Part shown: piece by piece, positions 19,117-29,453 of the stretch | Layout of the letters: the number at the start of each line of letters is the position of its first letter | Numbering within the stretch: position 1 is the stretch's first letter | From: Cyanobacteria bacterium P01_D01_bin.156 | Lineage (GTDB): Bacteria > Cyanobacteriota > Cyanobacteriia > Phormidesmidales > Phormidesmidaceae | Reading direction: 5' to 3' | DNA length: 64,000 bases | Assembly (NCBI GenBank): GCA_039024555.1 | Contig: JBCCQQ010000023.1 | Coordinates: forward strand, 16,094 to 80,093 | Notes under the pieces: generated by a model | What the model saw: the letters and a program-made list of their open reading frames with translations, nothing else | Databases searched by the model: none | Told to the model about the DNA's origin: nothing | Made by a program: the position numbers and the translations under genes

Positions 19117-20292
19117 ATGGCCCCTTCTGTTAATTCCTCCGAAACAGTGGTGATTGAACCTTGGGCTGATACTAAGCAGCCTCCCAATCCCCAGAGTAGT
19201 AATCGTCAAGACAGTAAGTTTATCGAAGAATCGAGCGTTCCTCGCTGGGATCGTGCGACCGGCGAAGAGCAAGGTGAGGAATTGGCTGAAGATCCAATTG
19301 CTGAAATCAGTGCTGAAGTTGCCTCGGCTTATAAGAAAACCCTCGCTGATGATGCAGTGGGAGCCTTCTTCAAAGAAATGGCTCGCTATCCGCTGCTAAA
19401 AGCAGACGAGGAAATTGAATTGGCACGTCAGGTGAAGTTTCTGGCAGATTTAGAAACTTTGTCTAAGGAGCTGGCTGAGCAGTTGAAGCGCCAGCCCTCA
19501 CGGTTAGAGATGGCCGAGTCTTTGGGCTATAGTGAGTCCGACTTTCAGCGTCGCTTACACTATGCTCGTAGTGCCAAGCGCAAGATGATTCGTTCCAACC
19601 TGCGCTTGGTGGTGTCTATTGCAAAGCGCTATCTGAATCGCGGCGTCCCATTTCTAGATCTTATTCAAGAAGGAGCTCTGGGGCTCAATCGGGCGGCTGA
19701 AAAATTTGATCCCGATAAGGGATATAAGTTTTCTACCTATGCTTACTGGTGGATTCGCCAGGGCATCACTCGTACCATTGCGAACGATGCGCGCACCATT
19801 CGTTTGCCGATTCATATTGTTGAAAAGCTGAACAAGTTAAAGAAGACTCAGCGAGAGCTACGTAAGCAGCTTAATCGTGCACCAACTGAGGCAGAGCTGG
19901 CTGCGGAACTGGATTTGACGCCAGAGCAGTTACGTAATCTACAGCAAGTTAGGCGTAAGTCTCTGTCTTTGAACCACCGTGTAGGCAAGGGCGAAGATAC
20001 CGAGCTCATGGAGCTTTTGGAAGACGGTAATACTCTGTCTCCTGAGTCTCGTATGAATGAGTCGATGATGCGCCAAGAAATCTCTGATGTTCTGACAGAG
20101 GTGTTGACGGAACGAGAGAAAGACATTATCTCACTCCGCTATGGATTAACGACCGGTGAACCTCATACGTTGGAGGAAGTTGGTGGCATTTTCAACTTAT
20201 CTCGCGAACGAGTGCGGCAGATTCAAACGAAGGCCATGCGTAAGCTGCGTCGTCCCCAGGTTGCTTCAAGGTTGAAGAATTGGCTGAGATAG
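19117..20292 (+). CDS. sigC: Group 2 RNA polymerase sigma factor, SigC-like
   Basis: DAVGAFFKEMARYPLL, NLRLVVSIAKRY, KFSTYAYWWIRQ, LSRERVRQIQ; divergent from priA. Confidence 0.85.
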   Translation: MAPSVNSSETVVIEPWADTKQPPNPQSSNRQDSKFIEESSVPRWDRATGEEQGEELAEDPIAEISAEVASAYKKTLADDAVGAFFKEMARYPLLKADEEIELARQVKFLADLETLSKELAEQLKRQPSRLEMAESLGYSESDFQRRLHYARSAKRKMIRSNLRLVVSIAKRYLNRGVPFLDLIQEGALGLNRAAEKFDPDKGYKFSTYAYWWIRQGITRTIANDARTIRLPIHIVEKLNKLKKTQRELRKQLNRAPTEAELAAELDLTPEQLRNLQQVRRKSLSLNHRVGKGEDTELMELLEDGNTLSPESRMNESMMRQEISDVLTEVLTEREKDIISLRYGLTTGEPHTLEEVGGIFNLSRERVRQIQTKAMRKLRRPQVASRLKNWLR

Positions 20293-20330
20293 GCTGTTCT
20301 CACTTGCCATAGCTTAGGGTTTAGCTAGTG

Positions 20331-20372
20331 GATGTTCCCCTGATGTCCTTGGGATGTCAGGGGAACATCTTT
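20331..20372 (+). terminator. Intrinsic terminator after sigC
   Basis: 13-bp stem GATGTTCCCCTGA/TCAGGGGAACATC followed by TTT. Confidence 0.7.
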
Positions 20373-20594
20373 AAAAACAAGAGACGTAGCTGTTGATTTG
20401 GAGAATTCTATATCTTGCTGAGTGTTTTATCTGCTTGTAGCAGCAATGGTGAAAAAAGAGTTTAGTCTATATCCTATATACCCCTCGGTAGAGTGTGTGT
20501 CAGGTTGTCTGATAGGTCTGCTGTAGCGGTGGGGACACTATTTTTTTTATATTTTTCTTATGATGTGTCTAACTATGATGGGTGTCAGGATTCT

Positions 20595-21887
20595 ATGGAT
20601 TATAGACAGGAACGAATCACGACGATTCATGACTTCGGGGGTGACCTTACCCGAATTGAAGAACGCTCCTATGAGCTTATTCAGAACACTCCCACCGCTG
20701 TTTTAATTCCATCTCTCTATGAGGAGCTTGAGCGCCCAGCCCTGACACGTATTCGTGACAATCTTAAAGACTGCTCTTTTGTAAGTACCGTTATCGTTAG
20801 TCTGTATGCCGATAACGCTGAGCAATATGCCAAAGCTGTCGCATTTTTTAGTTCGCTGCCTCAAAAAACCTATATCGTTTGGGAAAACGGTCCAAGGGTT
20901 ATTAGTTTACTGACGGAGCTGCAAGCTCAGGGACTCGACATTTTAGTCCACAGAGGCAAGGGGCGAGCGGTTTGGCTTGGCTTAGGGCTGGCAACACTCC
21001 ATGCAGGCGCGATCGCACTCCACGATGCCGATATCATCACCTACGATCGGTCCTATCCCCTGAAGCTGCTCTATCCTATCTTGGAGCCTGAGTTTGGGAT
21101 TGCTTTTACCAAGGCCTACTATGCCCGTATCAGTAGCGAGCCGTGTAAACTGAACGGTCGTGTCACACGACTATTTGTGGCTCCCCTATTACGTTCTCTG
21201 GTCGATGTTTTTGGCCAGCGCGAGTATTTATCCTATCTTTTAGCCTATCGCTATCCCCTCTCGGGTGAGTTTGCCCTTACGAGTGATTTAGCCCTTACTA
21301 CGCGTATTCCAGCGAACTGGGGGTTAGAAGTCGGGTTGCTGGCAGAAGTTTATCGCAATGTTGCGCTCAAGCGGATTGCCCAGGTTGACTTAGGTATGTT
21401 CGACCACAAACATCAAGATGTGGGGCAGTCCACAGATCAGGGACTGCAAAAGATGTGTCGGGATATTTTTCAGTCTCTGCTAGGCACACTGACGGAAACT
21501 GAGCAGGTGGTGATTGGCTCAGATCAGTTGAGGTCGCTGCGCATTAAGTTCCGTCGTGAAGCCCAAGATTTAGCCCGACAGTACTTTGTGGACGCACGTT
21601 TCAACGATTTGCAATATGACCGCCATAAAGAAGAAAATACTCTAGAGCGTTTTGAGCAAGTCATTGTCAACGCAGGTGAACGCTATCTGGAAGACCCCAC
21701 CGGTACAGAAATTCCTGATTGGACTCGTGCGCTAGCTGTGATGCCCGATCTGCGAGAGCGTTTGGGTGAAGCGGTGATCACTGATACGACTGAAGCATTG
21801 CAAGCGGAATGGTTAGAACCTGCCATGCTTACTATCAATAGTGGCCAGTCGAATCACCCTGAAGCCGATGAGCTGGTTCTCACCTAG
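20595..21887 (+). CDS. gpgS: Glucosyl-3-phosphoglycerate synthase family glycosyltransferase
   Basis: Start MDYRQERITTIHDF; GKGRAVW, HDAD, GRVTRLFV.PL, YPLSGEF, WGLEVG, DHKHQ motifs of the GpgS/MpgS family. Confidence 0.78.
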   Translation: MDYRQERITTIHDFGGDLTRIEERSYELIQNTPTAVLIPSLYEELERPALTRIRDNLKDCSFVSTVIVSLYADNAEQYAKAVAFFSSLPQKTYIVWENGPRVISLLTELQAQGLDILVHRGKGRAVWLGLGLATLHAGAIALHDADIITYDRSYPLKLLYPILEPEFGIAFTKAYYARISSEPCKLNGRVTRLFVAPLLRSLVDVFGQREYLSYLLAYRYPLSGEFALTSDLALTTRIPANWGLEVGLLAEVYRNVALKRIAQVDLGMFDHKHQDVGQSTDQGLQKMCRDIFQSLLGTLTETEQVVIGSDQLRSLRIKFRREAQDLARQYFVDARFNDLQYDRHKEENTLERFEQVIVNAGERYLEDPTGTEIPDWTRALAVMPDLRERLGEAVITDTTEALQAEWLEPAMLTINSGQSNHPEADELVLT

Positions 21888-22024
21888 CTGCTTTCTGCCC
21901 CATGCACTACTATCCTGTAATACCTGAGCTATTAGATAGTAGTGCAGGTTTGTAACATCAAACTATGCGGATCTTCAGTAGTATATCTTCTATAAAGAAC
22001 AGTCAGTTTTGTTGTTTATCTAGG

Positions 22025-22777
22025 CTACAGAGCAACGCGATTGCTGGAACTGCGGAACGTCACATTCACTCCCTCACTGGTTTGTTCTAGCACCAATAGG
22101 GGGGTGGGTTTAGCCTTTTGATCCCAGTGCATTGTTGCTAGGCGGCCTAACAATGTTGGCTGCCAGAATTTTTCGTCCCGCTCAGGGCTGAGGAAGTTTT
22201 CAATGCATTCGATAATCTCTTGAACCGTGGCGGAGGTAGCTTGGGTAGGGAGTTTGACTAGCTTAATCTGTACTCGAAACAGGATACGCTTCTTCTTCTC
22301 GTTGTCTTGAATGGTTTGATACTGTACGTCAAAAATCTGATCGACGGCCCTGGGTTTAGAGGATGCAATGCCGACTACACCCTGTTGTGCTTGTTGAGGC
22401 CGGAGGGCTAGGGTGATTCGCTGTTTAACTTTGACTTTTAGCTGGTTGACAACTGAAAAATTAAATTGCTTCTCTTCCATGCGCATTCTGAGATAATCCA
22501 GATTAAAGTCGCGAGAATGTACCAAATCTGGATTCTTTTCCATCTTGCTGATGGTGCTCAGCGCAAGCTTTACACGCTTTTGTAGCTCCTTGTTTTTGTA
22601 GGTTTCAAACCTGAGCTTTTTGCGTAATCGAGCAAACTGTAGTTGTGAAACTATGCCCAAAATGATCAGCAGCGCAGTTAAACCAACTGACGTATACAGC
22701 CACGGATTTTTGGGTTCGGTGACAGGATTGGGAGCCTGAGCGACCACCGGATGAAGCCCATTGATAGGGTAAGACAT
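22025..22777 (-). CDS. Hypothetical membrane-anchored protein with coiled coil
   Basis: 250-aa ORF with one N-terminal TM followed by a basic coiled coil. Confidence 0.75.
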   Translation of the reverse strand: MSYPINGLHPVVAQAPNPVTEPKNPWLYTSVGLTALLIILGIVSQLQFARLRKKLRFETYKNKELQKRVKLALSTISKMEKNPDLVHSRDFNLDYLRMRMEEKQFNFSVVNQLKVKVKQRITLALRPQQAQQGVVGIASSKPRAVDQIFDVQYQTIQDNEKKKRILFRVQIKLVKLPTQATSATVQEIIECIENFLSPERDEKFWQPTLLGRLATMHWDQKAKPTPLLVLEQTSEGVNVTFRSSSNRVAL

Positions 22778-22897
22778 AGCTAAACGAGAGTGCTATTCGA
22801 TTACATTAAGCATTCCCTAGAGAATGGTTTCCGGACTAAGGGGATATATCTAAACTCTAGTAAAGTCTATGTGAAATTTCGATGAGCTTCAGTGCGA

Positions 22898-24559
22898 TTA
22901 GTGACGCCACCGTGCGCGATATCCCCGACCATCTAAATGGCTTAGACGAGAGAAGCTGCGATAACGCCCCAATCCTCCTGGCCACCATGGATCTAGAGCC
23001 CAGTAAAGTTGATCGCCAGAGAGTCCATCAACATAAAAATCAATGGCATCTCCGACAATGTGACGACTATTGGAAGCTCCACCGACCTGTCGGTTGATGT
23101 CCGCAGGTCGGTACCAGCTGGTAATGTGAAACGGACGCCCGATGCGATCGCGGGCCTGTTGGGCAAGCTTGGCAATGCGGATCATGCCATCTACTGTGGC
23201 CTGATTGGGCGGCATGCGCGTACCCCCCCGAGTTGCTTCGGCCCAGGTAAAATTGCCATTGGGAATAATCGATGCCTCCAACTGCAGATTGTAAGGAGTC
23301 CAGCGCGCTGGACGAGTGGGCAGCGGAGCCGGTTGAGGAATCGGTGGAGCTTCGGCAGAGTCCCGGTTAGCGCGGGTCATAAGACGTACATCGTCAAATA
23401 GGGACTGGATAGCATCCACACGGCGATCCAATCTGCGCCAGATTTGCACTGAGCGAATTAATGCTTCCCGCTGCTCCTCTGTTTCTTTATAGGTTTGAGG
23501 GATACTCCCCATAAAGGTCAACAGCTCACTATCTACCTGTTTAGCGGCTCTGGCAAGGGCTTCAGAATTGTTTCTGTTAGCGGATAGAAACTGTGGTGTC
23601 ACACCAAAACTTGTGAGGACGGTAGAGCGCGAGTCCAGGCCCTTCCACATACGGTAGGTTTCAGTCAGGGCAAAACGAGAGTACCCATCTCCTTTGTAGG
23701 CGCCAGGAACACGCTGGACAAAGGCAATCAAGGCCGGGTCCACAATTTCTAAGTTGGTTTCACCCGCCCGTGGGTCGCTATTGCGCAGCCATTCAATGGC
23801 TTCTTCTCGGGAATCTAGCTGTCTCCATAATTGAGTTAACCGCAGTAAGGCTTCTCGCTGATGGGGATAGCCCGAATAAAACCGAGAGACCTGGCGAATA
23901 AAGTCGGCTAGTCCCTTATCCAGCGCGGCTTCATCGGCAGCACCATTGGCTATGGGGATTTTCATGGCCTCCATGGTGCTACTGTGAGAATCGAGTTTGC
24001 GCCAAATGCGGGCGGATTCCAGCAAGGCTTCCCGCTGAAAATCAAGCCGACCGTAGTTGGGGGCAATGCGATCCGCTAAGGCTAGTAGCTCGTCGTCTAA
24101 CTCCGAGAGATTGTGGGGGAGTTGCTGGGCACCGTAGTCGTAACTAATATCGTCGATATAGGCTGCCAGTAGCGCTTCTGCATTACAGCTTTCCAGTTGA
24201 GCAGAGTTCTCTTCTGAGGCTACAGGGTTGTAGCCCTCTGCAATGCGTTCAATAAAGCGATCGCTATAGCGTCCTTTGGCAACATCCCACAAGTCTGGTC
24301 CTTTCCAGCCCTGATTGCTGAGCGTACTCGTGAGTCCTCTGATGGTGTTGGCCGCGTACTGCGCCTGTTCTGGAAAGGTATTTACCTGGTCGATAGGGAT
24401 TTTGTTGGCAGGTGCAATGCCCAGACCCGTTTCCCCATCCATGAGTTGTGGCGCTTGGTGAACGGTATACAGCCCAGCCAAAATGGGCTTATGAATACCG
24501 GCTCGCTCGGCTTCTAAGAGATAGTAGTAGTTGCGCTGATCGGGTTCAAGTGATGCCAT
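22898..24559 (-). CDS. Peptidase M15A family Zn D-Ala-D-Ala peptidase with repeat-containing N-terminal region
   Basis: C-terminal NFTWAE, TSWYRP..NRQVGGASNSRHIVGDAID (H-x6-D), HLD. Confidence 0.85.
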   Translation of the reverse strand: MASLEPDQRNYYYLLEAERAGIHKPILAGLYTVHQAPQLMDGETGLGIAPANKIPIDQVNTFPEQAQYAANTIRGLTSTLSNQGWKGPDLWDVAKGRYSDRFIERIAEGYNPVASEENSAQLESCNAEALLAAYIDDISYDYGAQQLPHNLSELDDELLALADRIAPNYGRLDFQREALLESARIWRKLDSHSSTMEAMKIPIANGAADEAALDKGLADFIRQVSRFYSGYPHQREALLRLTQLWRQLDSREEAIEWLRNSDPRAGETNLEIVDPALIAFVQRVPGAYKGDGYSRFALTETYRMWKGLDSRSTVLTSFGVTPQFLSANRNNSEALARAAKQVDSELLTFMGSIPQTYKETEEQREALIRSVQIWRRLDRRVDAIQSLFDDVRLMTRANRDSAEAPPIPQPAPLPTRPARWTPYNLQLEASIIPNGNFTWAEATRGGTRMPPNQATVDGMIRIAKLAQQARDRIGRPFHITSWYRPADINRQVGGASNSRHIVGDAIDFYVDGLSGDQLYWALDPWWPGGLGRYRSFSRLSHLDGRGYRARWRH

Positions 24560-24869
24560 AGCTGGTTGGACTATAACGGTTTATCTGGATGGAGCGCGCA
24601 TCAAGGATTGGGTAACGTTTAAAAATTGGAATAACTTGTGTGTGGCTGCCGCTGCTTTTGAGCATTCATGAAGCAGCTTATTTAATCCTCGATAGGCGTT
24701 AATACGATAAATCATTTATCAGCATCGTCAATAGCTGATTGCCAACCGATGTCAGTGTGTAACTCAGGAAAGCCCTCTTGCATCAAGATCTATGGCTACT
24801 CGGACGTCGTTACCATTGGTTGAGCATCAGTAAACAGTGAGCAGCTGTTTTAGATGACACCCCTGTAGG

Positions 24870-25709
24870 ATGCCAGAGTGGTTTACGGAATCAGATGTTC
24901 CAACAAACGGCAGGAGTAGTATATCAATGATGGCAACACAACGGTTACAGGCACTGACAACTCAGGTGGCTCGCCAAGCACTGGCTCAAATTCGGTTGGT
25001 GGCAACGGATATGGATGGCACACTGACCCAGCATGAGCAATTTACCCCCAGCCTGCTATCCACGTTGGCCACCTTGCAGGCGGCCCAGATGCCGGTATTG
25101 ATTACCACGGGGCGTTCAGCGGGCTGGGTGAATGGCTTGCTGCATTATTTACCTGTAGAACTTGCGATCGCAGAAAATGGCGGTCTCTACTTCACCAAAA
25201 CCAATCCCTATCCCACCTTTCTCCAGCCCATTGAACCAAACCATAGACAGTTGCTATTACAACAGTTTGAACGATTACGACAGCGCTATCCTCAGATCCA
25301 AGAGTCCAGTGACAATTCATTTCGCCTGACTGATTGGACGTTTGAGGTAACCGGGTTAAGCCTTGAAGACCTGCAGTGGATGACGGAAAACTGCCACGAT
25401 CATGGTTGGGGGTTTACCTACAGTACGGTTCAATGTCACATCAAACCTTTACCTCAAGATAAGGCGAGTGGTCTGACTCAGGTGATCGCCCAGCAATATT
25501 CTGAACTCGGCCATCATCAGGTACTCACCGTCGGTGATAGTCCCAATGACGAAAGTATGTTTGATCCGGCGCAGTTTCCCACATCTGTGGGTGTGGCCAA
25601 TGTACGCCACTATCTAGATATGCTGGCTCACCATCCCACATTTATTACCCAGGCTGAAGAGGGTAAAGGCTTTGAGGAGTTAGTGGCGGCGCTGCTTGCC
25701 ACAGGTTAG
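24870..25709 (+). CDS. HAD-IIB family phosphatase (start may be ~24927)
   Basis: TDMDGTL, TTGR, AENGG, DK, GDSPND. Confidence 0.88.
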   Translation: MPEWFTESDVPTNGRSSISMMATQRLQALTTQVARQALAQIRLVATDMDGTLTQHEQFTPSLLSTLATLQAAQMPVLITTGRSAGWVNGLLHYLPVELAIAENGGLYFTKTNPYPTFLQPIEPNHRQLLLQQFERLRQRYPQIQESSDNSFRLTDWTFEVTGLSLEDLQWMTENCHDHGWGFTYSTVQCHIKPLPQDKASGLTQVIAQQYSELGHHQVLTVGDSPNDESMFDPAQFPTSVGVANVRHYLDMLAHHPTFITQAEEGKGFEELVAALLATG

Positions 25710-25761
25710 CCAAGGATAAGTTTTGAATTTTGAGTTTGGAATCGTCCGCGCCTATTAGACA

Positions 25762-26649
25762 ATGGAGCCTGACCGCACTGTCTTGGCCATGGTGGAAAAT
25801 CTACAGACGCGACGCTGGACTATTTCAAATGTACTCATGTGGATGGGCATTGCCATCACGCTGCTGTTTATTTTGATGGCCTTGTGTGCGCCGCTGATGC
25901 AGAGTTGGGGATGGATTCAGGACCCGCTTGTGACCTTGGAAAATCCCATCCATCAGCCACCTTCTGGACAGTATTGGTTTGGGACCAGCCGTCAGGGCTA
26001 TGACGTTTTTTCGCGTACCTTGTTTGGGGCTCGGGCTGCGTGGCAGGTGGTGCTGCTAGCCACAGCCATCAGTGTAGTTATTGGTGTGCCTTTAGGCATG
26101 GTTAGCGGTTACCTAGGCGGTAAGCTGGACCGTGGCCTCCTGTTTTTTATGGATGCCATCTATACTTTGCCGGTGTTGTTGTTGGCGGTGACCCTCGCGT
26201 TTATCCTTGGCAAAGGGGTGGTGAATGCGGCGGCAGCTCTGAGTATTGCCTATGTCCCCCAATATTACCGGGTGGTGAGAAACCACACCGTAAGTTTAAA
26301 AACAGAGCTATTTGTAGAAGCAGCCCAGGCGATGGGCGCGTCCACCTGGGCGGTGCTGTCCCGGTATCTATTTTTGAACGTGGTGCAGAGCGTGCCGGTG
26401 CTGTTTACCCTCAACACGGCTGATGCCGTTTTAATTTTGGGAGGGTTGGGGTTTCTGGGGCTGGGTTTACCGGATGAAGTGCCGGAATGGGGCAGTTCCC
26501 TGCGTCAGGCATTGGATGCACTGCCAACAGGTATCTGGTGGACCGCGTTGTTCCCTGGATTGGCGATTACGGGTATGGTGACCGGGCTATCACTGATTGG
26601 TGAGGGTTTAAATGATCTAGTTAATCCCTTACTACGTAAGGAAAATTAG
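25762..26649 (+). CDS. Peptide/nickel ABC transporter permease (DppC/OppC-like)
   Basis: WFGT...GYDVFSR, EAA loop FVEAAQAMGAS, PEWG. Confidence 0.92.
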   Translation: MEPDRTVLAMVENLQTRRWTISNVLMWMGIAITLLFILMALCAPLMQSWGWIQDPLVTLENPIHQPPSGQYWFGTSRQGYDVFSRTLFGARAAWQVVLLATAISVVIGVPLGMVSGYLGGKLDRGLLFFMDAIYTLPVLLLAVTLAFILGKGVVNAAAALSIAYVPQYYRVVRNHTVSLKTELFVEAAQAMGASTWAVLSRYLFLNVVQSVPVLFTLNTADAVLILGGLGFLGLGLPDEVPEWGSSLRQALDALPTGIWWTALFPGLAITGMVTGLSLIGEGLNDLVNPLLRKEN

Positions 26650-26816
26650 GAATTTGCATAATTTTCCTATCCTTGGGTGTGACAAATGTCACCGTCAAGT
26701 CTCAGATATGACTCATTAAGCCTTAGGTATTCCTCAGGCTTGCATCAGATGGCTATTAGGCGAACGACGGATAGTGAGGTTAATTGTTAATTCGCTAGCC
26801 ATTGGCAGCTATCACC

Positions 26817-27176
26817 ATGAAAAAGACACTCACCACACTTTTGATGACAGGACTAACCTCGGTTACGTTAGGTTCTGTATTAGCAGCGCCTGGTTCTGCT
26901 CAGCTGCTAGAGAATATTGGCATTGGTGCCGGTGCTGGCATTATCACCGGGACAGTTGTTGGCGATGATGCCGGGTTGGACGATGTGATTAACGGTGGTG
27001 CTGCGGGTGCTGCGGTTGAAGTGATTGGAGGAGAGACTTCTAGCGTTGCTGAAGATGCGGCCATTGGAGCAGCAACCGGTGCAGTTGTTGGAACAATTAC
27101 CAACGATGACTCTTTCCTTGAGAATGCAATTCAAGGCGGTGCAGCAGGCGCGTTGATCAACATTTTAGGAAATTAA
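26817..27176 (+). CDS. Secreted glycine-zipper protein
   Basis: Signal peptide MKKTLTT...; repeated GxxxG motifs (GAGAGIITG, GAATGAVVG, GGAAGAL). Confidence 0.75.
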   Translation: MKKTLTTLLMTGLTSVTLGSVLAAPGSAQLLENIGIGAGAGIITGTVVGDDAGLDDVINGGAAGAAVEVIGGETSSVAEDAAIGAATGAVVGTITNDDSFLENAIQGGAAGALINILGN

Positions 27177-27195
27177 TGTGACGTATGCGTGGTGA

Positions 27196-27229
27196 TTGGT
27201 AGGGGCAATCGCCCGATTGCCCCTACCAA
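27196..27229. repeat. GTAG-type REP-like palindrome / bidirectional terminator
   Basis: Perfect 15-bp stem TTGGTAGGGGCAATC-gccc-GATTGCCCCTACCAA between convergent genes. Confidence 0.7.
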
Positions 27230-27247
27230 CCCGCGACAATGTTCTCC

Positions 27248-28519
27248 TTAGGACGATTCAAGGCGTCTGCGCCATTCTTCATCAATTTTGTCGCGGTTGG
27301 CGATTTCTTGATCGATTAGGTCAGTTTCGCTGGTATAGGCAAGATTGTCTTTGCCAACAATGGTTTCAATAGCAAATTGTTTAGCGTAGTCCAGTTTCCG
27401 TTGTATCGTTTGACCCACCAACCGTTTTCGCTCGATATTGCGAGCTTCAATTTGTTTGTTCTGCTGTTGCATTCTGAAATAGCGCACAGCTGGAATACTG
27501 AGAAAAGCGAGACCGTAGGCTAAAAAGATGTCACAGAGAGAATAGATTAAGCCAACAAAACCAGTGGTCCATCCTGCTGCTGCTGACGCTAGATAAAGAG
27601 ACCCGACCACTAAGGCGATACCAAGACCAATGGCAATGGTGACCTGGTCAGAACTGGCGCTGGTAAACTTCCGTTTAGTCTCTTTTAGAAAAGCAGGAAC
27701 CGACTGAGGTTTGTGGTCTTTAGCAGTGACCTGTAGTTCTGGAAAATAGTAGACTAAATCCCCTTCGGGGCTCACCTTGGGTCGACCATCAAAGCGACTC
27801 AGGGCCGGAAGCATATAGTCTTCTAGATCATCGTCCAGATTAGCGTTGTCAAGGTACGGGGCTAACTGCTCCGCTGTAACTGCGCCTCGATTGTTGCGGA
27901 TAACCGTTGCGATCGCACCCCAGCGTTTCTCATCCAAGTTCTTATTGGGGTCGCCATCCCCAAACAAAAACGAATAGATCGATTCCAAAAAGTTGAGGTC
28001 GTGGCGGTTGCGATCGCGTCCGCCACCCGTATAACCATAGCGATCATACCGTCGGCGTGGACCGTAGCTAAACCAATAAAACCAATCATTACCAATCCAC
28101 AGCCAAGGATTGAACATCATGCCGCCACCATAGCCGCGGTTATCATCATCCCGCTGAGACTGCATGCCAATTTGGATAGCGATAATCGCCGCAAATACTA
28201 GCACCACCGCTAAAATCAGCATGAGGCCAAAAGAAATGCGAATTAGATAAAACAGCACCGCCCAGATTTTGGCCCAGGTTTCTTGCCACCGCAGCTGCCA
28301 ATACTTATTACGGAGCACCGACCGAAACTGTCGAGGGAACTCATAGGCAATGTCTCCCGTATCTGCCACCTGCATATGGGCTTGGGTAGCCGATGCCAGG
28401 GCCAGTACCCCCGCTTCCGCCTGTGAGAGATTTAATCCAGTTTTTGCCGCTACATCACCTGCAGTTACCCGATATTCCAGGGTTTCCACTGCTTTCATGA
28501 TGTCCTGATTTAGCTCCAT
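27248..28519 (-). CDS. Conserved membrane protein of a cyanobacteria/plastid-type family
   Basis: YRVTAGDVAAKTGL, RISFG, FLESIYSFLFGDGDPN, NNRGAVTAEQLAPYLD; several TMs; start set at MELNQ. Confidence 0.78.
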   Translation of the reverse strand: MELNQDIMKAVETLEYRVTAGDVAAKTGLNLSQAEAGVLALASATQAHMQVADTGDIAYEFPRQFRSVLRNKYWQLRWQETWAKIWAVLFYLIRISFGLMLILAVVLVFAAIIAIQIGMQSQRDDDNRGYGGGMMFNPWLWIGNDWFYWFSYGPRRRYDRYGYTGGGRDRNRHDLNFLESIYSFLFGDGDPNKNLDEKRWGAIATVIRNNRGAVTAEQLAPYLDNANLDDDLEDYMLPALSRFDGRPKVSPEGDLVYYFPELQVTAKDHKPQSVPAFLKETKRKFTSASSDQVTIAIGLGIALVVGSLYLASAAAGWTTGFVGLIYSLCDIFLAYGLAFLSIPAVRYFRMQQQNKQIEARNIERKRLVGQTIQRKLDYAKQFAIETIVGKDNLAYTSETDLIDQEIANRDKIDEEWRRRLESS

Positions 28520-28645
28520 GGGTTCCTTTGTTGGGGCGCTCAGCGATATCCCCTTAGTATAGAGAGCCAAATTCAATATCGGCTATGGCGGTCCAGGTGT
28601 GGGTTTCATGGCGCAAACCCAACCGCAGTTTGGACACTAACCTAA

Positions 28646-28682
28646 TAAAAAGGCTGAATGTACGTGACACCCAGCCTTTTTA
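28646..28682 (-). terminator. Terminator hairpin downstream of the CAAD gene
   Basis: TAAAAAGGCTG...CAGCCTTTTTA. Confidence 0.6.
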
Positions 28683-28751
28683 GCACGTATTAAAATTGCT
28701 GAACTAATAATTCCTCATGCTGCAGTAAGGAACTGATGCTGCAACGACCAA

Positions 28752-29132
28752 TCACTTATTGCCAGTAATTTGATCTTTGACATTCCCTAGGCTGCTGAGC
28801 AACTCGCTACGGTTGTTCGCCTTGAGTAGATAGCGATAGATAAACCAGCCAGTGTAGATCAAACCCACCAATTCCATGGTGGGTGCCAGTACTGGAATAT
28901 CATTCACAGCCGATAGAATGGCAAACACCACCTTGATAGTGATTAAAACGCCGAATACCAAACCAATTACCGTTAGGGGGCGCTTGTACTCATTAAAGGT
29001 CGCAACCACATACTCGGGTGCATCCCCCAAGACACTGGCAATCTTAGCTAATATCTCTTTAGCCTGATCAGTGGGTTCAGTAGTGCCTTGAGTCGTTACG
29101 TTCTCTTCAGGGGAATTAATATCGGTGCTCAT
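28752..29132 (-). CDS. curT: CAAD-domain thylakoid curvature protein
   Basis: 'AILSAVNDIPVLAPTMELVGLIYTGWFIYRYLL...R.EL' is the CAAD/CURT1 pattern. Confidence 0.85.
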   Translation of the reverse strand: MSTDINSPEENVTTQGTTEPTDQAKEILAKIASVLGDAPEYVVATFNEYKRPLTVIGLVFGVLITIKVVFAILSAVNDIPVLAPTMELVGLIYTGWFIYRYLLKANNRSELLSSLGNVKDQITGNK

Positions 29133-29453
29133 CGTTATATGGGTATTAACAACCTAGGAGTATCAGTCCCTCGCTCGTCTGCCATGCGGCGGATCCGCCC
29201 AGTGGACAGTTTTTGAAGCTAAACCACTGTGGTCCAGAGTGCAAGTTTCCAAGCGCATACGCGCTGGTCGCTGTTTAGCCAGAGGCCAATGCACTTTAAA
29301 CAGTTTATTCTGAGTTGATAGAAAAATAGTGTCTCGCAGCAACATATAGCCAATTCCAATCATTTTCCAGAAAACGTTGCAATTTAAGACTGCTTTGCCG
29401 TTAGAGACAAATTACGTGACTACAATAAGGTTTACTGCATTTTCTACGGGCCT

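Noticed and set aside
20493..20594. GTG-started N-terminal extension of gpgS in the ORF track
   Set aside because: It runs through a poly-T stretch, and the family-like sequence begins at ATG 20595.
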